Assembly: GCA_016182085.1 (NCBI GenBank)
Contig: JACOYB010000009.1
Coordinates: 1,393 to 65,392, forward strand
Source: Candidatus Magasanikiibacteriota bacterium
GTDB taxonomy: Bacteria > Patescibacteriota > Patescibacteriia > Magasanikbacterales > GWA2-37-8
Direction: 5' to 3'
DNA length: 64,000 bases
Under the pieces are notes generated by a model, which made no database searches, had not been told where the DNA came from, and worked only from the letters and a program-made list of their open reading frames with translations. Made by a program: the position numbers and the translations under genes. Positions 59,677 through 64,000 of the stretch are shown in pieces (position 1 is the first letter of the stretch; every line of letters starts with the position of its first letter).

Positions 59677-60234
59677 TTATTTTAGACTTTTTACCGCTTC
59701 GTCAATTATTTTATTGTCTGCTGCAGCATCTATTTTTGTGCCTAAAATTTTCTCGGCAGCAGCCACGATCAAATTGGCAGTTTGTTCCTTTATTTCGTCA
59801 AGCGATTGATCTCGTTCGGTTTTAATATTTTTTCTGGCCTGTTCCACAAGCTGTTCAATTTCCTTTCTGGTTTTTTCCTTCAACAGTTCGGCGTTTTGCA
59901 AGGCTTCAGCTTGAGCTTTTTCCAAAACTTTATTTGCGTCTACTTTGGCCTGATCTATCTTTTCCTGATATTTTTTTTCGCTCATGCCTAAGTTAGTTTC
60001 AATTTTTCTCGCATTTTCAATGCTGTCATCAATCATCTTCTGTCTCTCGGACATTTTTTTGGTCAGTGGTTTTAGAATTAAAAACCATAAAATTAATGCT
60101 ACTAAAGCAAAGTTAATAAGCTGAAAGATAAATAGGGTGCTATTTATGCCAAGCGAGGCAAGCACTCCGGTTTCAGCCGCGGCTTCGGCAGTTTTTCCGG
60201 TTATTTCTGAGGCGTGAGCAATATCTATAAACAT
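59677..60234 (-). CDS. atpF: F-type ATP synthase subunit b
   Basis: N-terminal TM plus long charged helix. Confidence 0.7.
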   Translation of the reverse strand: MFIDIAHASEITGKTAEAAAETGVLASLGINSTLFIFQLINFALVALILWFLILKPLTKKMSERQKMIDDSIENARKIETNLGMSEKKYQEKIDQAKVDANKVLEKAQAEALQNAELLKEKTRKEIEQLVEQARKNIKTERDQSLDEIKEQTANLIVAAAEKILGTKIDAAADNKIIDEAVKSLK

Positions 60235-60315
60235 AGAGCTACTAAGTATTTATTGGTTGAAAAATTATCTCGTCAAGCTCGGCCTTGTATTTCACAAGCC
60301 CGAACCGATACGAAA

Positions 60316-60537
60316 TTATTTTAAAGTAAAAACTACCACCAAAGCGTAAATGGCGATAGCTTCCGCAAAAGCGGCGCCCAAGAGCATCGGTACGAATAAC
60401 TTATCAGAAGCTTCCGGATTGCGGCCGATAGCTTCCATGGCTTTTGCCACTAGTAAACCGATAGCTATAGCCGGACCAAATCCGCCGATAGCCATTGTTA
60501 AACCCTTTGCCAGAGCTAACACTGATTCGTGTTCCAT
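60316..60537 (-). CDS. atpE: F-type ATP synthase subunit c
   Basis: Two-helix hairpin, 'GRNPE' loop, 73 aa. Confidence 0.8.
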   Translation of the reverse strand: MEHESVLALAKGLTMAIGGFGPAIAIGLLVAKAMEAIGRNPEASDKLFVPMLLGAAFAEAIAIYALVVVFTLK

Positions 60538-60661
60538 ATTTGACCTTTCCGATATCAGAGCCGGACGAGGAGGCTTGAATGTTAACCTCGCGGATAATAT
60601 CTTATTTAAATTAATTGCCTCAAATTAAGAAACTTTGTTTTAATTTTTTAATTTGAAATAA

Positions 60662-61441
60662 TTAATGTTTTTGTCCGTGTGGTTTAGTGGTCATGACCGT
60701 TAGATAAACCAGCGTAAGCATCGTGAAAACACTAGCTTGGATTAAACCAACCAAAAGTTCCAAAAGCATAAACGGAGCTGGCACCAAAGCGGCTGCGATA
60801 CTGCTAATAACGGAAATCAAAACTTCACCGGCAAAGATATTGCCGAACAGTCTTAAGGACAAAGATAAGACCTTGGCCATTTCACTGATTATCTCTATAA
60901 CTCCCACGACCAGCTCTACAACAGCTGTAAAAATTGCAACGGGCCCTTTGGTTAGGCTTTTTACAAAGGTTCCAATTTGGATGAATTTATTTAAGTGAGT
61001 GAAGATACCAACCGTAAACAACCCAAATAAGTGCGAAGAAACTACCGAAACAAGAGCCATGGCCACAGTTAAGTTTAGATCCGTATTGGCAGGTCGCAAC
61101 AATGGCGATTCCCCTACTGTAATACTTCCGGTACCCGGCAATAATCCCAGCCAATTTGATAATAAAATAAAGAAGAAGATTGAGCCGGTAATAGGCAAAA
61201 ATCTCATGGTTTTTTTGCGATCACCCGTGACTTGGTCAAAATAAACAAAAAGTTTTTCTAAAAAATATTCTAAGAAGTTTTGTGTTTTACCCGGTTTAAG
61301 TTTTATATTGCTGCGGATGATAAAACCCAAGATTAGAAAAAAGACAATAGCCAGCCATGTATTTATAATTGTGTTAGTAACGGGAAGCTTTCCAATGTGG
61401 AATAAAACTTCCGGAGCTAGGGTTGGGATATGTAATTCCAT
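60662..61441 (-). CDS. atpB: F-type ATP synthase subunit a
   Basis: Polytopic; conserved Arg in 'LSLRLFGNIFAGE'. Start is trimmed to avoid overlap with atpZ. Confidence 0.75.
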   Translation of the reverse strand: MELHIPTLAPEVLFHIGKLPVTNTIINTWLAIVFFLILGFIIRSNIKLKPGKTQNFLEYFLEKLFVYFDQVTGDRKKTMRFLPITGSIFFFILLSNWLGLLPGTGSITVGESPLLRPANTDLNLTVAMALVSVVSSHLFGLFTVGIFTHLNKFIQIGTFVKSLTKGPVAIFTAVVELVVGVIEIISEMAKVLSLSLRLFGNIFAGEVLISVISSIAAALVPAPFMLLELLVGLIQASVFTMLTLVYLTVMTTKPHGQKH

Positions 61442-61457
61442 AACTAAAGTAGGTTTT

Positions 61458-61805
61458 CTATAAATGATCTTCCGGTTTCTTTTCTTTCTTGCCGGCATCG
61501 TTTAATCTCTTGTATTGCGCGCCGTAATTTTTTGCTTTTTTGTGAATGATCTTGGCGGAAATTAGAGCCGCAAGGACAAATGCCAAAATGATAAAAAGAG
61601 GCGCGGTGTTATATTTCTTATCAATATACTGGCCAATCAGCACTAAGATTACAACCGGTACGGCTATGGAGGCGCCAAAATCACCTATAATTCGCAGAGC
61701 CAATAGATAGTAATCTCGGCTCGCCGGTTTCGGTAAATTTTCTTCGGGCATACAAAATGCACTTAAGAACGCGACTATTTTACATATATTTTTTTCTAAA
61801 GTCAA
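61458..61805 (-). CDS. atpZ: AtpZ/AtpI-family small membrane protein
   Basis: 'LRIIGDFGASIAVPVVILVLIGQYIDKKYNTAPLFIILAFVLAALISAKII'; first gene of the atp operon. Confidence 0.5.
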   Translation of the reverse strand: MTLEKNICKIVAFLSAFCMPEENLPKPASRDYYLLALRIIGDFGASIAVPVVILVLIGQYIDKKYNTAPLFIILAFVLAALISAKIIHKKAKNYGAQYKRLNDAGKKEKKPEDHL

Positions 61806-61928
61806 GTATTTTTACGGGTGGATTGTTATTGATAAAACTGTAGTTACAGAATCCAGCGCCCACACACTGCTATTTTTGTTTATTTTGGCTAATTTTAAAC
61901 TAAAAATAGATAAAATCTTGATAAAGTA

Positions 61929-61957
61929 TTGACAAAACACGAACTTATTGTTACTAT
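61929..61957 (+). promoter_or_regulatory. Sigma70-like promoter TTGACA-17-TACTAT driving the island-3 acidic ORF
   Basis: TTGACA at 61929-61934, 17-nt spacer, TACTAT at 61952-61957; RBS 'aaaggag' before the ATG at 62040. Confidence 0.5.
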
Positions 61958-62039
61958 TCTTCGTTATGTAGAAGCGGCACGCAGGGGGTGTGCAACTTCT
62001 CATAATAGACCCTAAACGGCGAAAGGAGCCGTTTTCCCG

Positions 62040-62396
62040 ATGACCGACTACCACACGGATGATGATCCCGAACTTTTTGGTCTGGAGATCGCAGGCCTTT
62101 TGGCCTGCTTCGCCGATACCGGAACCCTTCCTTCGCTAGAAGACGAGGGGGCAGAGATCACGATCAGCGAGTTTTCCGACGCTGATCTGTTCAACTGGGA
62201 GGTCGAACACGCGGTCGACACTGCCGTTGTCGTGCCGGAGCCCGCTGGGCTGAAGGCAGCAACTGCGGAACCGACCAGCGTGGATGATGGTTGGGAGATG
62301 GAAAACCCGGGTGACACCGAGGAGAATACCCAGGTTGATCGCCCGCGTCACATGATCATTACGGCAGAAGGGCCCCGTCTGGTCCACCACGAGTAA
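62040..62396 (+). CDS. Highly acidic hypothetical protein (about 29 D/E vs 4 K/R in 118 aa), G+C-rich
   Basis: MTDYHTDDDPELFGLE…; strong RBS and promoter; followed by hairpins at 62423-62485 and 62509-62543. Confidence 0.4.
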   Translation: MTDYHTDDDPELFGLEIAGLLACFADTGTLPSLEDEGAEITISEFSDADLFNWEVEHAVDTAVVVPEPAGLKAATAEPTSVDDGWEMENPGDTEENTQVDRPRHMIITAEGPRLVHHE

Positions 62397-62508
62397 TTGG
62401 GTGTGCCGGCGCGAAGCCTCTGTTCGCCGCCGCACTACCGCTTTCAAGATAAAAAATATTTGTCTTGTAAAGCGGTGGCGGCGAACTTCACAAAGAACAG
62501 ATATAACA

Positions 62509-62543
62509 AAAACCCTCCGACGTAACGTCGGAGGGTTTTTGTT
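62509..62543. terminator. Intrinsic terminator (A-tract/stem/T-tract, probably bidirectional)
   Basis: 'aaaaaccctccgacg taa cgtcggagggtttttgtt'. Confidence 0.65.
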
Positions 62544-62802
62544 ATATTGACCATTTACTTAAAAATATGGTACGAATTATTTAGGAGGGAATAACATGAA
62601 CTTTGCCGAGGGATTGATTGGAACGGCCCTGGAAATCTTCCTGAACTGGATGGCGCTCATGTACCGTATCCGGGAGCTCGTCCGGATTGACCTCTTCCCC
62701 TTGTCCTCCTAGTTAGTACCTTGTGCCGGGCTTCACGCCTAGCACGTCGTCCTAGAGAGGGTAACAACCAGCCGGCGTCACACACTGTTGTGACGCCGCA
62801 AA

Positions 62803-62840
62803 ACAAAAACAGCTTTCAACTTAAAGCTGTTTTTGTTTTC
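62803..62840 (+). terminator. Intrinsic terminator
   Basis: 'acaaaaacagcttt caactt aaagctgtttttgtttt'; preceded by a second hairpin 'ggcgtcaca…tgtgacgcc'. Confidence 0.6.
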
Positions 62841-62894
62841 AACAATTGACCCATTTTATATAAGTATGCTAGTTTACATACAGGAGGTAGTAGT

Positions 62895-63155
62895 ATGAAG
62901 AAGCACGCGACTTTCTTTGAGAACCTGGTGGATTGGATTGCGGAGACGCGGCGCACGGTGCAGCTAAACGAGGTGTTGGAAGAACTTGCTTACTGGGTGG
63001 GACAGTTCGTTATTGCGGTGAGCAGAGAGCTTACCCCCGAAGGTTTGCAGAAGTTCTTCAGCGGTTTGAGCGGCGGGTATATCAATACGATGGACCTAAA
63101 CATCGACCTGGATGGAATGCATGCCGATGAACTTCTCTGCAAGAAAAGCAGGTAG
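62895..63155 (+). CDS. Hypothetical protein (island 3)
   Basis: RBS 'acaggagg'; 86 aa. Confidence 0.35.
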   Translation: MKKHATFFENLVDWIAETRRTVQLNEVLEELAYWVGQFVIAVSRELTPEGLQKFFSGLSGGYINTMDLNIDLDGMHADELLCKKSR

Positions 63156-63266
63156 GTCACCCCTACTCCGCAAGGTCTTCGCCTCGCCCGAAAATTCGGA
63201 GCGAGGCAATGCATTTTTATAGGAGAAATGAATTAAGTTTAATTTTTTAAATATTACTGACACCCC

Positions 63267-63295
63267 TTGACAAAAGGGGTGTTTTGGTGTATACT
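63267..63295 (+). promoter_or_regulatory. Near-consensus sigma70 promoter TTGACA-17-TATACT, with a palindrome overlapping the -35
   Basis: 'caccccTTGACAaaaggggtg' ('cccctt'/'aagggg' arms), then 'ttttggtgTATACT'. Confidence 0.55.
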
Positions 63296-63421
63296 GCTGG
63301 GTTGCTCTTTTAATGACCGATGGTACCTGTCGAGGGAGAAAAATACGTTAAATTAGCATATTTTTCCCCCTCGGCACCAAATTTTCGCCGAGATAACCAG
63401 TTTCGCGAGAGGAAAACCGCC

Positions 63422-63790
63422 ATGAACACCCTGTCCAAGATCGTCACCATCCTGACCCTGGTCGCTCTGATCCTGGCCATGGCCGTCAACCCGGCCTACG
63501 CCGACCGTTCGGTGGTCCGCATCCGCAAGAACGGCCCGCTCACGCAGAAGCACCGCAACGCGATCAGCGAGATCGAGCACATCATGCGCCGGTCGGGCGA
63601 CAGCCAGAAGCGGCCGACGAAGTTCTCATACTCCTGCAACCAGGGGAACGAGAAGATTCGGCAGATCGTCGCCACCTTCCCCGCGGACGAGCAGTTCATC
63701 CTGTCGGACGAGTGGGACGGCGAGTGTTTCTTCTACATCCCGCCGACCCGGAAGGTCAACAAGGCGCCGGTGATGGTCGCCAAGAAGTAG
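63422..63790 (+). CDS. Small secreted protein (signal peptide MNTLSKIVTILTLVALILAMAVNPAYA), very G+C-rich
   Basis: RBS 'gagaggaaaa'; a leader of about 120 nt with a 15-bp stem ('cgagggagaaaaata' … 'tatttttccccctcg'); terminator 63838-63870. Confidence 0.45.
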   Translation: MNTLSKIVTILTLVALILAMAVNPAYADRSVVRIRKNGPLTQKHRNAISEIEHIMRRSGDSQKRPTKFSYSCNQGNEKIRQIVATFPADEQFILSDEWDGECFFYIPPTRKVNKAPVMVAKK

Positions 63791-63837
63791 CAACACCCTG
63801 GCCAAGGCCGCGCAAGCGACCAAGGCCGAGACAGCCC

Positions 63838-63870
63838 GAAGCCCGCACATCAGCGGGCTTCTTTATTTTT
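63838..63870 (+). terminator. Intrinsic terminator
   Basis: 'gaagcccgc acatca gcgggcttc tttattttt'. Confidence 0.65.
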
Positions 63871-64000
63871 AAAAAGAAATATTAAATAATTTTTTAGCGT
63901 TTTCTGTAGTCGCAGCTTCAACTTCGGCAAATTCTATCTGTTTCAACTGCGCGATTTTTTTAATAGTTTCCCGTATCATCGGCGGATCGCATCTTTGCCC

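Overview
The window looks like a low-G+C, small-genome bacterium using the standard genetic code (TGA, TAA and TAG all act as stops). The gene content is consistent with a Patescibacteria/CPR-like organism: a DciA/DUF721 helicase loader, ADP-forming acetyl-CoA synthetase, a 2-oxoacid:ferredoxin oxidoreductase with flavodoxin, an F-type ATPase operon, and several Nudix fusions. That lineage placement is inference only.

The housekeeping backbone I could read:
- fmt–def–priA
- clpB, uppS, gltX, ddl, serS, lysS, greA
- mreBCD–PBP2
- atpZBEFHAGDC

Several unusual things are interleaved with the backbone:
- **Accessory/defence region (about 0.9–10.9 kb).** It holds a MazG-like pseudogene, an NYN nuclease, a DpnI-family methyl-directed restriction endonuclease, a Cas4-like nuclease, two GIY-YIG nucleases and a PIF1-like helicase.
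- **Dispersed palindromic repeat family.** The core is 'ttgtcatcctga…gaaggatctctgtc'. It occurs as back-to-back inverted-repeat pairs about 75 bp long, in intergenic DNA and as in-frame insertions inside gltX, a Nudix–WecB gene and a GT2 gene. The same 33-bp unit forms terminal inverted repeats tightly bracketing a small GIY-YIG gene.
- **Three G+C-rich islands.** They sit at about 19.7–21.5 kb (pyrF plus an OPRT-like gene), about 36.7–38.3 kb (three ORFans, next to a tyrosine recombinase) and about 62.0–63.9 kb (small acidic and secreted ORFans, each with a strong promoter and terminator). All look foreign to the AT-rich backbone.

No rRNA, tRNA or CRISPR array was recognised.
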